From a virus (taxonomy: Duplodnaviria; Heunggongvirae; Uroviricota; Caudoviricetes), in IMG/VR virus record IMGVR_UViG_2869924733_000002: a stretch of DNA of 23,140 nt. One strand, given 5' to 3'. The translations under genes were made by a program, and so were the position numbers. Under the pieces are notes generated by a model, which worked only from the letters and a program-made list of their open reading frames with translations, searched no databases and was not told the DNA's origin. Below, one piece after another: positions 7,942 through 17,336 of the stretch (within the stretch, counting starts at the first letter, position 1; each line of letters begins with the position of its first letter).

Positions 7942-8391
7942 ATGGCTCGCTACGACCTTCCCGATGAGGCATGGACCATCATCAAGCCCCTGTTACCTCC
8001 TGAACCCGCCACACCACGGGCCGGACGCCCATGGGCTGAGCACCGTAAAATCATCAATGGCATGTTCTGGGTGTTATGTTCCGGTGCACCATGGCGCGAT
8101 TTACCCGAACGATATGGGTCATGGAAAACTGTTTATAACCGCTTTAACCGATGGTCAAAGTCAGGCGTGATTAATATTATTTTCAACAGGTTGCTTTCGC
8201 TACTTGATGCAAACGGCTTTATTGACTGGTCTGCCACCGCGCTGGATGGCAGTAATATCCGGGCGCTGAAATGTGCCGCCGGTGCTCAAAAAAACATCCC
8301 GATATCGACGGAGATAATGGGCCGGGTCGCTCTCGCGGCGGTTTTGGCACCAAAATCCATCTGGCAACAGACGGAAGTGGCCTCCCGTTAA
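7942..8391 (+). CDS. IS5-family transposase OrfA (N-terminal part)
   Basis: MARYDLPDEAWTIIKPLLPP... is the N-terminal domain typical of two-ORF IS5-family transposases. Overlaps OrfB in the -1 frame. Confidence 0.8.
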   Translation: MARYDLPDEAWTIIKPLLPPEPATPRAGRPWAEHRKIINGMFWVLCSGAPWRDLPERYGSWKTVYNRFNRWSKSGVINIIFNRLLSLLDANGFIDWSATALDGSNIRALKCAAGAQKNIPISTEIMGRVALAAVLAPKSIWQQTEVASR

Positions 8392-8786
8392 ATATCGTGC
8401 TAAGCCCCGGACAAGCTCATGAAAGCCAGTTCGCGCAACGACTTCTGGACGGGATTGGCGTTCAGCGTCAGAACGGCAGCATGAAACGCCGTGGACATGC
8501 GGTACTGGCTGATAAAGCGTATTCAGGGCGCGCATTGCGCAACGAGCTGAAAAATAACGGTATAAAGGCAGTAATCCCCCGAAAGTCAAATGAGAAAATG
8601 GCATCGGATGGACGTGCACAGCTTGATCGTGATGCGTACTGCAATCGTAATGTCGTTGAACGGTGCTTTGGGCGGCTGAAAGAATATCGCCGCATCGCCA
8701 CGCGTTACGACAAAACGGCGAGAAATTACCTGGCGATGGTGAAACTGGGCTGCATCCGACTCTTTTATCAACGCTTACGTAATTAA
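8271..8786 (+). CDS. IS5-family transposase OrfB (DDE domain); probably expressed as an OrfAB fusion by -1 frameshift
   Basis: DDE-type motifs (GGFGTKIHLATDGSGLP..., DKAYSG, VERCFGRLKEYRRIATRYDK). An A7 run at 8288-8294 lies in the OrfA/OrfB overlap. Confidence 0.8.
   Translation: MCRRCSKKHPDIDGDNGPGRSRGGFGTKIHLATDGSGLPLNIVLSPGQAHESQFAQRLLDGIGVQRQNGSMKRRGHAVLADKAYSGRALRNELKNNGIKAVIPRKSNEKMASDGRAQLDRDAYCNRNVVERCFGRLKEYRRIATRYDKTARNYLAMVKLGCIRLFYQRLRN
8288..8294 (+). other. Candidate programmed -1 ribosomal frameshift heptamer (AAAAAAA) in the IS5-family transposase
   Basis: OrfA reads caa aaa aac; OrfB reads tca aaa aaa cat, shifted by -1 over the same A-run. Confidence 0.5.
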
Positions 8787-9887
8787 GGGACACAGCCTAG
8801 CCATTAATCACCCCATAGTGAAGAAAAGTTACTGCTGGCTGCTGGCTGTGATACCTGCTCAGATTGCGGCAATGTCTGCGACGAAGAAGAAGTTCCTCTG
8901 TCAACTGCTGAAATAACCCGCAAAGCATCATAAGCTCGACCAGAAGCAGCTTTCAGCGAATTGAACTGGTTTTCCATCTTCCGGCGCTTGGTATCAATGG
9001 TTTTTGTGGAGTCGCCAGGCTGAGGGAAATACATTTGATAATATTTTGACATTTCAGCAGGTGCGATAGCTGCCCCTGTTTCCTGACGGAGTATTGCCAT
9101 TATTGCGTCATTAGCATTAACAACGTATTGCTGCTCTGTTGGGCTGAGCGTTAAGTTAGCCAGCGTCCCATTACCCAAAGCATTATTAATGATCGCCACT
9201 CGCTGTGGGCTAAGCTGGTCTTTCAGTGTATCTATTGAATCAAGAGCATCCCTAACCCTGTATGCAAATCCAGCAGCTTTTTTAGCCCCTTCTGGCGACT
9301 TTTCCATGATCTTTTGGGCTGTTGGCAAAGCTATTGGACGAAACCCATCTCCAGATATTGGCTGGTTTAGTTTTCCCTGCTCTTCACTTCCGTCTGTGTA
9401 GTATTTTGTGACAGTGCCATCATCGTTTTCTCTAACACTCATTAATTTTTTGGCGTTTGTATTAATTCCAGCCGCTGCCGCAAATGCCGCCGCCCCCTCT
9501 GGATCCGCCTTTAACATTTGAGCGTACTGATTGTAATTCTGCATTGCTGCTGTTGGTGCATATGCTGACGTTAACGCATTTGCTCGGCTAATATCCTGCC
9601 CTCTCGCCTGAAGTGCTTCGCCAGCCTGATTGCTGCGGATTGTCTCTGCCAACTTGCCACGCTCAATATCCCGACCTTCCATTTGATCTTTGATATCGAA
9701 ATACTTCTCATGACCGAGAGAAAACAGTGCCATACTACCAGCAAGCCGCTGGAATCCCTGTGGATCATTAACATGCATTTCGGCAACAGACTCAGGAGAA
9801 ATTCCCAAGCGACGCATTTCATCTTCGTTATCTGCTATGAATTTTCCAAATGCCCCAGTTCCGAGCGAAGATGCGATTTGAGCACTA

Positions 9888-11040
9888 AATAGCTGCGCTT
9901 AATACCGCTACACTTTTGCCAGTCCATGTTTGCCTCCGGGGAATGGGCTGACGGTTTCCATAAAATGGCGAACTTTTTTCAACAGTTGCCACATTGAGCG
10001 GCACTGATGATTACGCGTTATTGTGTCGTGAAGTGCCTGCCATAGCCGTTCAACATGATTCACCCATGGCGAGTAAACCGGCTGATAAATGACCCTGAAC
10101 TTCGGGTTCTCCTTCAGCCAGCTCTGTGTTTCCCGGCTTTTGTGGATAATGTAGTTGTCCACGATCAGCGTGATGGTTTTCGCCCGACGGTATGTCGCTT
10201 TAAGCCGCTTCAGCAGGCTGATGAACAGCGCCGAACTTTTGCTGTTGCCGCCCACATAGCTGACTTTACCTGTCCCGCTGTGCAGCGCTCCGGCCAGATA
10301 ATATTTTTCATTCTGTCCCGGCGTGACCACCCGTTTTTGCTGTCCGCGCAGTTGCCAGTCCGCACCGATTTTGGGATGAAGATGGATATCCACTTCATCT
10401 TCATAAAAGACCGGATGCTCTGCGCTGCATTCGTCCAGTGCTTTATGGATTGCTGCCATCTTTTCATCTTTATGCGGGTCACGGATACGCAGAGTTGGCG
10501 CAGCCCTTCGCCACACAATCCCCGCAGACGGCAACCAGCGGCGAACGGTTCCGGCATTTAACTGGCAACCGGTTATCTCATTGATTTTTATTGCCAGCAG
10601 TTCTGTACTCCAGCGTGAACGCTGGTAGCCAAAGTCGCCGGGAGAATGTTTTACCAGCTCACGTAACAGTGTGCAGATATGCTCAAACGGCCAGCGACGG
10701 GCACGCCCGGCAGGTAATGATTTCAGTCCCTCAACACCCGACTGCGTGAACCAGTTAATCCAGCGTCCAACAGAGGAACGGGCGCAGCAGAGCGTTCTGG
10801 CAACGTCGCTGACACGGTCGCCCCGGTGCAGCATCAGCATGGCAGTCAGTCTGCGGGCATAATTTTTATCGTGTGTTTTATGGATGGCTTTCTGCATCAG
10901 GCGTCGTTCGTCACGGGAAATTGGTGCTATGATCGGCATTGCTCAGTCCGGTTGGTGATTTGTTTTGATTTGGCGATTGATCAGATCGCACAATCCGGGC
11001 TAAGTTCCCTCAAAATGATCTACTATTCCGCGCAGCTATT
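9888..11040 (-). mobile_element. IS630 (1153 bp) inserted at a CTAG target with TA duplication
   Basis: Terminal inverted repeats: aatagctgcgc at 9888-9898 and its reverse complement gcgcagctatt at 11030-11040. TA at 9886-9887 and 11041-11042. Length is exactly 1153 bp, matching the recalled IS630 size. Confidence 0.9.
9908..10939 (-). CDS. IS630-family transposase (343 aa)
   Basis: Full-length 343-aa ORF inside the IS630 boundaries, recognised as the Tc1/mariner-like IS630 transposase. Confidence 0.9.
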   Translation of the reverse strand: MPIIAPISRDERRLMQKAIHKTHDKNYARRLTAMLMLHRGDRVSDVARTLCCARSSVGRWINWFTQSGVEGLKSLPAGRARRWPFEHICTLLRELVKHSPGDFGYQRSRWSTELLAIKINEITGCQLNAGTVRRWLPSAGIVWRRAAPTLRIRDPHKDEKMAAIHKALDECSAEHPVFYEDEVDIHLHPKIGADWQLRGQQKRVVTPGQNEKYYLAGALHSGTGKVSYVGGNSKSSALFISLLKRLKATYRRAKTITLIVDNYIIHKSRETQSWLKENPKFRVIYQPVYSPWVNHVERLWQALHDTITRNHQCRSMWQLLKKVRHFMETVSPFPGGKHGLAKV

Positions 11041-11379
11041 TAGTCGCAAGATGACCAATAGAATTTCTCTGGTCGTCATCAATAAAGCCCATCCCTTTCT
11101 GAACGCTTTCAAATTCTTCTGGATACTCAGAAATAAGACTGCGCATTTTGTTTCTGTCTCCAGACTCAAAAGCCCCGGCATATGCTTTCTGAAACTCTGC
11201 TTTACGCTGTTGTTGACGTGCCTGCTGATTAATCTCAGCAACGCCTCTTAGCCCCTGTAGCGCCATTAAACCTACGTTTGGGTGCTGCTGATACTGCACA
11301 GGCTGAGGAACGGAAGAACGAGGAGCATTATCATTTTGCGGTGCCATGCTAGGCAGCCCGCCAAGTTGCCATGTCGCCA

Positions 11380-12057
11380 TTAGAATCCAAGCCCCCCAAC
11401 AAGACCAATAAGCCCACCACCAATAGCCCCGGCGACATTACCTATACCCGGAACAACGGAACCAAGTTGCGCACCCGCTAAAGCGCCTGATGCCGCCCCA
11501 CCAATACCACGCGCAAGACTGGATGGCTGCTGCGCCTGACCTGCACGAATAGCGCCAAGCCCCTGCAAGAGTTGCCCGGTATTATTGGCGTAGTTTTGCC
11601 CTGCTGTTGCCTGCCCTGATGCCGCATTCATCCCGACATTTAGCAGGTTTCCATAATTTTGCATTTGCCCACTGAGCCAATTGTTATAAAGCATGGGCGC
11701 AATGGAAGATAACTGGTTACTGGTAGCTGTTGAGCCAAGCCCCCCGGTAGCTTCTGCTGAGACAAGGTTCTGATAACGGGCCTGATCTGCCTGTGTTTTA
11801 TATAAACCAGAACCAAAGAAATCATTCGCGGCTTTATTCTGCCCTTCCAGAGTCATCAGTCCTTGCAGTTGTTGTAAAGCAGGCAATCCGACTTCTGCAT
11901 ACGGCTTGAGATTATTCATCACCGTATTCCACTGCTCGCGCTGCAAATCAATTGCCTGCTGCTGGGCCTTCGCCTGAGCTTTAGAGGCACCACCATCACC
12001 GCCTTTTTCGTATACGGCACGATTGAGATGTTTATGAGCTATATGGGTAATTAACAT
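11380..12057 (-). CDS. Hypothetical protein (225 aa) with Gly/Ala-rich glycine-zipper C-terminus; ejection-protein-like (tentative)
   Basis: C-terminal ...GIGGAASGALAGAQLGSVVPGIGNVAGAIGGGLIGLVGGLGF. Stop overlaps the next start (TAATG); start overlaps the upstream gene by 7 nt. Confidence 0.65.
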   Translation of the reverse strand: MLITHIAHKHLNRAVYEKGGDGGASKAQAKAQQQAIDLQREQWNTVMNNLKPYAEVGLPALQQLQGLMTLEGQNKAANDFFGSGLYKTQADQARYQNLVSAEATGGLGSTATSNQLSSIAPMLYNNWLSGQMQNYGNLLNVGMNAASGQATAGQNYANNTGQLLQGLGAIRAGQAQQPSSLARGIGGAASGALAGAQLGSVVPGIGNVAGAIGGGLIGLVGGLGF

Positions 12058-12512
12058 TCGCTGAATTCCTTATATTGTTGCCGAGTTAACTGATAAAGCG
12101 TTACGCCGACGGGTTTACCACATCTGATATAAGCATCATCAAGGTGACCAACACGGGTAGCGCCAAGCAAACGGATAATTGCCCGTCCATATTTCGTGGT
12201 GTCAGGAACCATAGTGATGCTGTTAAGGAATGGTGAGTTTTCGAGAAGCCATTTGCAGAATAATCGATGCCCTTGCAGTGCATATTCACCACGGAATCCG
12301 GGGTCGTACACCGCATGGCATTCAACAACGCTATGCCAGAAGTTACGCACTTCATGAACGCCAGCCAGCACTAATCCTTCGTAGATGCCGAGATATACCG
12401 CATCAGGCTTGATGTAGTACGTGTGCCCCGGCTCAACAATATTTTCGGTATTGCCTGGCTCGTTAAGAAAGGCCTGTAATCGCACAGGGTTATCAATAAA
12501 TTTTAGTTCCAT
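12051..12512 (-). CDS. Hypothetical protein (153 aa), first large gene of the operon
   Basis: ATG at 12512 lies 16 bp after the stop of the 53-aa ORF. Protein-like composition; no family recognised. Confidence 0.6.
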   Translation of the reverse strand: MELKFIDNPVRLQAFLNEPGNTENIVEPGHTYYIKPDAVYLGIYEGLVLAGVHEVRNFWHSVVECHAVYDPGFRGEYALQGHRLFCKWLLENSPFLNSITMVPDTTKYGRAIIRLLGATRVGHLDDAYIRCGKPVGVTLYQLTRQQYKEFSEC

Positions 12513-12528
12513 GCGATGCCATCCATTT

Positions 12529-12690
12529 TCACATACAGCCTGCCAGCGCCTTATCTATTAACCCTCGTGCAATTTCATGCAGAGTTGGCGCTACTCCAAT
12601 TCCTGATTTTTTACGCTGCTCTTCCTGAATTTTCTTTATCGCTTCCATTTGCTTCTCACTTATCAATACCGGCTTTACTGAAATAGCCAT
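12529..12690 (-). CDS. Small protein (53 aa), possible ribbon-helix-helix-type regulator
   Basis: Not in the ORF track (shorter than 60 aa). ATG at 12690 is preceded by AAGGGGG. Translation MAISVKPVLISEKQMEAIKKIQEEQRKKSGIGVAPTLHEIARGLIDKALAGCM has a short N-terminal strand followed by helices. Fold assignment is inference. Confidence 0.4.
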   Translation of the reverse strand: MAISVKPVLISEKQMEAIKKIQEEQRKKSGIGVAPTLHEIARGLIDKALAGCM

Positions 12691-13138
12691 AACGCCCCCT
12701 TATAACTGTATAAAACAACAGTTATTATAGTTTCACAAATCGCAATATTCATCATCGTAATTGCAGAATATGAAACAAATAGCACAAAAAAATGCCACCG
12801 CTCAGTAGCTGGTGGCGTCGTTCTGTGTGTCAGGTTTTGACAGGTTTTTTATGGACTCTAAAAACTATATTTATGGTGTCGCATTACTCTTCACGGCAGG
12901 CGCTTTTCAGTTCTGCCCTTGCTTCTGGCTCCATTGGTAATTTGATTCGCGATCAGCTATGCGGATGGTTTGCTGAACAGGCATAACAACTTCTCAGAGG
13001 CTGTTTTTTGAACTACGAAAATTTCGTAGTGCTCACTTTCAAAAACGTCACGCCCTTGTACACAGGATTTTACGAAAGTCTCGTAAAACACTCTCTGATG
13101 CCAGCCAGGTGTTGTGCGCATCAATTCAGTCACATTGT

Positions 13139-13249
13139 GTTGGTTCAAAATACCGTGTTGTTGGTTCAGTGTTGGTTCAATAAAAAGAATAAAATCCTTA
13201 TAAAACAATACCATTTACAAATTGAACCAACTGAACCAACTGAACCAAC
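13139..13249. repeat. Iteron cluster immediately 3' of the primase-helicase gene (crr/ori-like)
   Basis: GTTGGTTCA at 13139-13147, 13160-13168, 13171-13179, then TGAACCAAC x3 in tandem at 13223-13249. Reverse complement of the module at 3555-3675, including an identical core of about 45 bp. Confidence 0.8.
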
Positions 13250-13274
13250 ACCTTTTCTACGCACATGAAGAAGC

Positions 13275-16034
13275 TCATTCTTCAGATGAGTTATAATCTC
13301 CTGGCTGGTAATTGAGTACATAAACGTTTATTTGTCGTCCCTGAATACGTGGTGATTTTCTTTGGTATCCACGACCGCTGTTTGGTGGGGTTAGCATCCC
13401 GGCTTTTTTCAACACTTCAGCAAACTGTTTTGCGTTGAAACCACATGCGATCTCCTTTTCAAATGTGGCCGGGAATGTGTAGAAAATCATTGGGCTTTCG
13501 TCATGTTCTCCACGCTGACGGTATCCGGCTAAATCTTTGATGGGCAAATCTGCCGGGCTGTATGGAAATGGTGCAAAACGGCTAAGCCCATAGGCATTAA
13601 GAAATGCCTCCGTTTGTTCAATAATCTGCTGATGTTCTTTGTTACCTGTGCCGAACTCGCGCAACCATGCGTTATAGCTGTGCTGTATCGCATCACGGCA
13701 TGTCTGAGCATCCCAGCCTGTTACAACCTCGCCTAACAGCAATGCGGCCTCCAGAATGGCAAATCGCGCGGCTACACGGTGAACCTGCTCACCATAATCG
13801 GATGGGATCAGGTTTCTCCATCTGCTTTCGCAATCACGAACGGTTTTAATAGCCTGTTGCTGGTGGTCTGCCAGCCATTTAATCCACTCACGCCCGGCTG
13901 CGCCGTGGTGATGCTGGTAAGCGTCTTTCAGTGCGTCTGCGTGCTGTTTTCCGTTCTGGTAATCGTGAAAGCGTACTGCTTTACTCAACGGAATATTCAG
14001 CAGTCGCACCAGTTGCCCGGCTTTGGTTTTTCGCCCGGAAGTAGCGATAAATGTTTCTAAATCCATTTCTCCGGTGCTGATTGCCACTGTACGCCAGCGT
14101 TTTAGATCCCGGTTTCCACCATCTTTAGCGCCTTGCAGTTTCCCTACACCGTTAAATAACGCATAGGCAGACTGTGAAACGCTGACAGGATCAGCGCCCT
14201 GACCAACTTCATCAAGCGGCATTAGTCCGTCATTGTGGGCGGCGGCCTCATTTGCCAGCCCCAGCGCGGTTCCGTACCACGTCAGCCGCAGTAAATCAGG
14301 GTTGCCGTATAAGCTGCTCGCCACGTTTGCCGTGGTGGTCTTACCTGCGCTCGACTGCTCATAGAAATGAATGCCGAACCCGTCAGCGCCCACCAGCCCA
14401 ATCAATGGCGCTGCCAGTGCTGCGCCGATCCCGGTCATCATTGAATAGTTACCAAAGGCCAGACGCGCCACGTTATCACGCCAGCTTTTCGCGCTCCCTG
14501 AGACGGTATATCCGGCTGCGGCTGAGCTTCTCCCGCTGAACAGCACAGGATTTTCAGGTGTTCCGATGATTTCCCCATCAGGCATGATGTACGCTCCGCA
14601 TTGCCAGCCAGTGGCATGAGCAACACGCCACAATTCACGAGAGCCACTGCGTTGTAGCCAGTCTGCCAGTATTGCTCTGAGGCTGCTTTTGGTCGTGACA
14701 TTTACCCCACCAGCTTTAAGTGTGCGCCATCCTTCACGTTCACCAATATCAGCCAGTGGAATGGCAGCGGTTGTCGGCGTTTCAGAACCAAACGACAGCC
14801 AGCGAAGAATGAGATACTGGTCTTTATCGTCTCTGCCAGTACCGATAACGCTTAACGGAGAACATAACCAGCTTTCGTTATTGATGATTTCTCCACTCTG
14901 GCTGTCAGCTCTCGGAGATACCCAATAAATACCATCCTCGCGGCTTTCTATTCTTGGTTTCAGTGGGTCGGTATCCATAACCTTAAAATCGCTTCCCTCA
15001 ATGGTCTGTGGCTCCTGTTTCACGCCATTACCCTGTGGTTGGTACATTGACTTATTGAACGCTTCTGTGGCGCATTTAATGCCGTGTTTTTGGTGGTAAT
15101 CATTCCAGTCTGCTTTGTGATCTGTCGGGGGTAATGCCACCCATCCAGAAACAGATAAAGCTGCTTTTTCTGCTGCTATTCTCCCCGTGTTTTGTCTTCC
15201 TTCGCTGTGGTCGTTATCCGCAGCAATGATGATTTGTGCTGAAGGAAATTTATCCCGCAGTACCTGGGCGACATATAACAGGTTCCCGGCATCAATCGCC
15301 GCCACTGTCAGCGCCTCTGGACGAATTAAATGGGCAGATAATGCCGTTGCCAGCCCTTCTGCGATTAAGATGCTCTGTGTTGTTTCTGGCGCGTTTATGG
15401 CGTGATATGCCCCCCGCTTTGCTGAACCTGTCAGGAGTCTTTTTTCACCATGTGATGTAATAGTCTGTGCTGCTGTGACTGCGCCGGATTTATCCACCAG
15501 CGCCAGCAACAGAGATCCATCGGGCAACACGGGGAATGTAAAATCACCTACCCCTTTCGCAACCAGATAATCAGATTTGCCGTTTACAGCCTTTCTGCGC
15601 ATGTCATCAAACTGACGGGAAAACGTATCCCGTCTTTGTTGTTCGTCCTTCTCTGCCCTTTTCAGGCGCTCCTGTTCGCGTCGCTGGCGCTCGGTTTCCA
15701 GTTGTTCCCGTTTCTGGCTGGTGGCTTCTGGTGTTTCCGTTGTCCGGTAATCAATACCCAGAACATCAGCGGCAAGAAGCGCCGCCTCTGTTGTGTCGCA
15801 GTTATTTACGCGTTTAATTAAATCCAGCCCATCACCAGCGCCGCACTGATTACAGATGAAGCTACCGCGCCCGTTGTCATCGAACCGGAATCGATCTTTG
15901 CCCCCACATGCAGGGCAGGGAGCATGACGGCGCGGAGAGTCAGGGACATTTATGTTCAGGCAGCCCAGCACATGAGGCCAGTTGTTTTCAGACGCACTGA
16001 TAACCTGACGGATAAGATCAATGTTTCGCATCAC
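13275..16034 (-). CDS. P4 alpha-like bifunctional DNA primase-helicase
   Basis: 919 aa. N-terminal Cys-rich zinc-binding motif (CPACGGKDRF...CNQCG), primase-like acidic motif (IIIAADNDHSEG), then a P-loop (EQSSAGKTT) in the helicase part. Start is GTG at 16034 or ATG at 16031. Confidence 0.9.
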   Translation of the reverse strand: MMRNIDLIRQVISASENNWPHVLGCLNINVPDSPRRHAPCPACGGKDRFRFDDNGRGSFICNQCGAGDGLDLIKRVNNCDTTEAALLAADVLGIDYRTTETPEATSQKREQLETERQRREQERLKRAEKDEQQRRDTFSRQFDDMRRKAVNGKSDYLVAKGVGDFTFPVLPDGSLLLALVDKSGAVTAAQTITSHGEKRLLTGSAKRGAYHAINAPETTQSILIAEGLATALSAHLIRPEALTVAAIDAGNLLYVAQVLRDKFPSAQIIIAADNDHSEGRQNTGRIAAEKAALSVSGWVALPPTDHKADWNDYHQKHGIKCATEAFNKSMYQPQGNGVKQEPQTIEGSDFKVMDTDPLKPRIESREDGIYWVSPRADSQSGEIINNESWLCSPLSVIGTGRDDKDQYLILRWLSFGSETPTTAAIPLADIGEREGWRTLKAGGVNVTTKSSLRAILADWLQRSGSRELWRVAHATGWQCGAYIMPDGEIIGTPENPVLFSGRSSAAAGYTVSGSAKSWRDNVARLAFGNYSMMTGIGAALAAPLIGLVGADGFGIHFYEQSSAGKTTTANVASSLYGNPDLLRLTWYGTALGLANEAAAHNDGLMPLDEVGQGADPVSVSQSAYALFNGVGKLQGAKDGGNRDLKRWRTVAISTGEMDLETFIATSGRKTKAGQLVRLLNIPLSKAVRFHDYQNGKQHADALKDAYQHHHGAAGREWIKWLADHQQQAIKTVRDCESRWRNLIPSDYGEQVHRVAARFAILEAALLLGEVVTGWDAQTCRDAIQHSYNAWLREFGTGNKEHQQIIEQTEAFLNAYGLSRFAPFPYSPADLPIKDLAGYRQRGEHDESPMIFYTFPATFEKEIACGFNAKQFAEVLKKAGMLTPPNSGRGYQRKSPRIQGRQINVYVLNYQPGDYNSSEE

Positions 16035-16389
16035 CGTACCCCACGTGGTCTATAGCGTTTGCGATATGGCTAACCAGCATCTGCCACTTGGTTATTCCGT
16101 AATCAGTCAGCATGCCATCATTGTTTAGCCACATATCAAATTCAGCGGTTGTCGCAAGTTTCCACTTATCGCCGTGGACAGTCCTCATTGCTGGGTACAT
16201 GAATGCGCAAATCAGATCACAAACATCTGACGGCTTCAGAGATGTAGTAATGGTGCGTCCCTCTGGCGTCTGAATTGCCATTTTCTCTTCACCAGTAGAA
16301 TGAAGGTTATGAATCCACACAGCACCAGCAATCTTTGCCACCTGCTCTCCGATTGCGGAGCTAAGCGCCATTTCTGCATTTTCACGCAT
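16018..16389 (-). CDS. Hypothetical protein (123 aa)
   Basis: Strong SD (GGGAGG) before the ATG at 16389. Overlaps the primase start. Confidence 0.6.
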   Translation of the reverse strand: MRENAEMALSSAIGEQVAKIAGAVWIHNLHSTGEEKMAIQTPEGRTITTSLKPSDVCDLICAFMYPAMRTVHGDKWKLATTAEFDMWLNNDGMLTDYGITKWQMLVSHIANAIDHVGYGDAKH

Positions 16390-16723
16390 GAGAACCTCCC
16401 GCTACAGTTGCGCCCATGTCATTAACCATGCTTTGCCATATCTCACGCCCGACGTCAGTCAATCCGTCCTTAGTGACGCAACGCTCAAGAAGCTCGATCC
16501 CCACGGTTTCCCACTGCGGGTAGAACACTTTCATGGCTGCCAGTGTGTAGCTATCGATCAGGCTGCGAACGCCTTTTACTCCATTAACGATTTCCACACG
16601 TACGGCCTCGCCGTCCGCATCAACCATGAAATAGTCCCCGCCGCTGGTGGAGGTAATGTGGTTATACAGTGCCGACGCATACTTATTTGCCAGCGCATTC
16701 AGTCGGAAATTTTTAGTAATCAT
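16382..16723 (-). CDS. Hypothetical protein (113 aa)
   Basis: SD GAGGATGGAG before the ATG at 16723. Overlaps the downstream start by 8 nt. Confidence 0.6.
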   Translation of the reverse strand: MITKNFRLNALANKYASALYNHITSTSGGDYFMVDADGEAVRVEIVNGVKGVRSLIDSYTLAAMKVFYPQWETVGIELLERCVTKDGLTDVGREIWQSMVNDMGATVAGGSHA

Positions 16724-16733
16724 GGCTCCATCC

Positions 16734-17336
16734 TCAGTGCGTCACTGGTTCCGCTGGCATGCCGTTTTCATTCAGTTCAGCTATAAAGCTGTTGTGAAGT
16801 TCAGCAAGCGTTTCACGACCAAATGGAGTCAGTGCTCCTTGTTCCACATCCATCATGGCTCTGTAGAAAATGATGGCGCGTTCTGTGCCAGACTCGATGC
16901 CAAAACGTTCTATCATCGCTCCCTCAATGTTGTTTGCCATAGCGAGGCGCTCTGCTACTGGATACAGCGGCATGGCGACGATGCCGTTGGAATAAACAGC
17001 CACTTCGGAAGGATTGCCAGTATCATCAATGATGCTGACAGTGCCGTTTTCCTCTCTCATTTCCAGCATGAATACTGTTGCGATCAGCCATCTCCACATA
17101 ATGACGTTATGCTGTGATGTGTAATCGAAATATCCCTGGTTGCCGCCATCGGCAATAGCGAGATGTATTGACATACCTTCATCTGGTTTATCGTCATAAT
17201 CCCCGGCATCCAGACGATTTACGGCATCAATATATGAGACGGCCTCAACGCGTTCTGTCATGCCATCGTTGCTGCGGTACATGATGTTTACGCCGTCAGG
17301 CGTTGCTTCTGTATGGAAAGTTAAGAAATTATTCAT
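16734..17336 (-). CDS. Hypothetical protein (200 aa; track ORF 16734..17441 trimmed to the internal ATG)
   Basis: The ATG at 17336 (MNNFLTFHTE...) has an SD-like AGGCGAGG and avoids overlap with the upstream gene. The longer track start lacks an SD. Confidence 0.5.
   Translation of the reverse strand: MNNFLTFHTEATPDGVNIMYRSNDGMTERVEAVSYIDAVNRLDAGDYDDKPDEGMSIHLAIADGGNQGYFDYTSQHNVIMWRWLIATVFMLEMREENGTVSIIDDTGNPSEVAVYSNGIVAMPLYPVAERLAMANNIEGAMIERFGIESGTERAIIFYRAMMDVEQGALTPFGRETLAELHNSFIAELNENGMPAEPVTH

Larger units (their letters stand above)
7882..8797 (+). mobile_element. IS5-family (IS427-group-like) insertion sequence, 916 bp, with TA target duplication
   Basis: Terminal inverted repeats GGCTGTGTCCCTTAAT (7882-7897) and its reverse complement (8781-8797). 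Flanking TA at 7880-7881 and 8798-8799. Two overlapping transposase ORFs inside. Confidence 0.85.
8804..11380 (-). pseudogene. Large protein (about 473 aa when reconstructed) interrupted by IS630; DNA-ejection/internal-virion-protein-like (tentative)
   Basis: N-terminal part is track ORF 11036..11380 (its stop TAG lies inside the IS); C-terminal part is 8804..9817. Removing IS630 and one TA restores CACTAGTC and a continuous frame (...GHLAT-SAQIASSLGTGAFGKFIADNEDE-MRRLGISPESV...). Start overlaps the upstream stop as TAATG. Confidence 0.65.

Noticed and set aside
8200-8793. 197-aa minus-strand ORF across the IS5-family element
   Set aside because: Antisense to the OrfA/OrfB transposase frames, which carry the recognisable DDE motifs.
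10055-10862. ORFs 10055..10561 +, 10210..10557 - and 10671..10862 + within IS630
   Set aside because: Alternative-frame or antisense ORFs inside the IS630 transposase gene. IS630 encodes a single transposase.
13529-15821. Several 60-95 aa ORFs on either strand within the primase-helicase gene
   Set aside because: All are nested in the 919-aa gene and have no independent start signals. Shadow ORFs.
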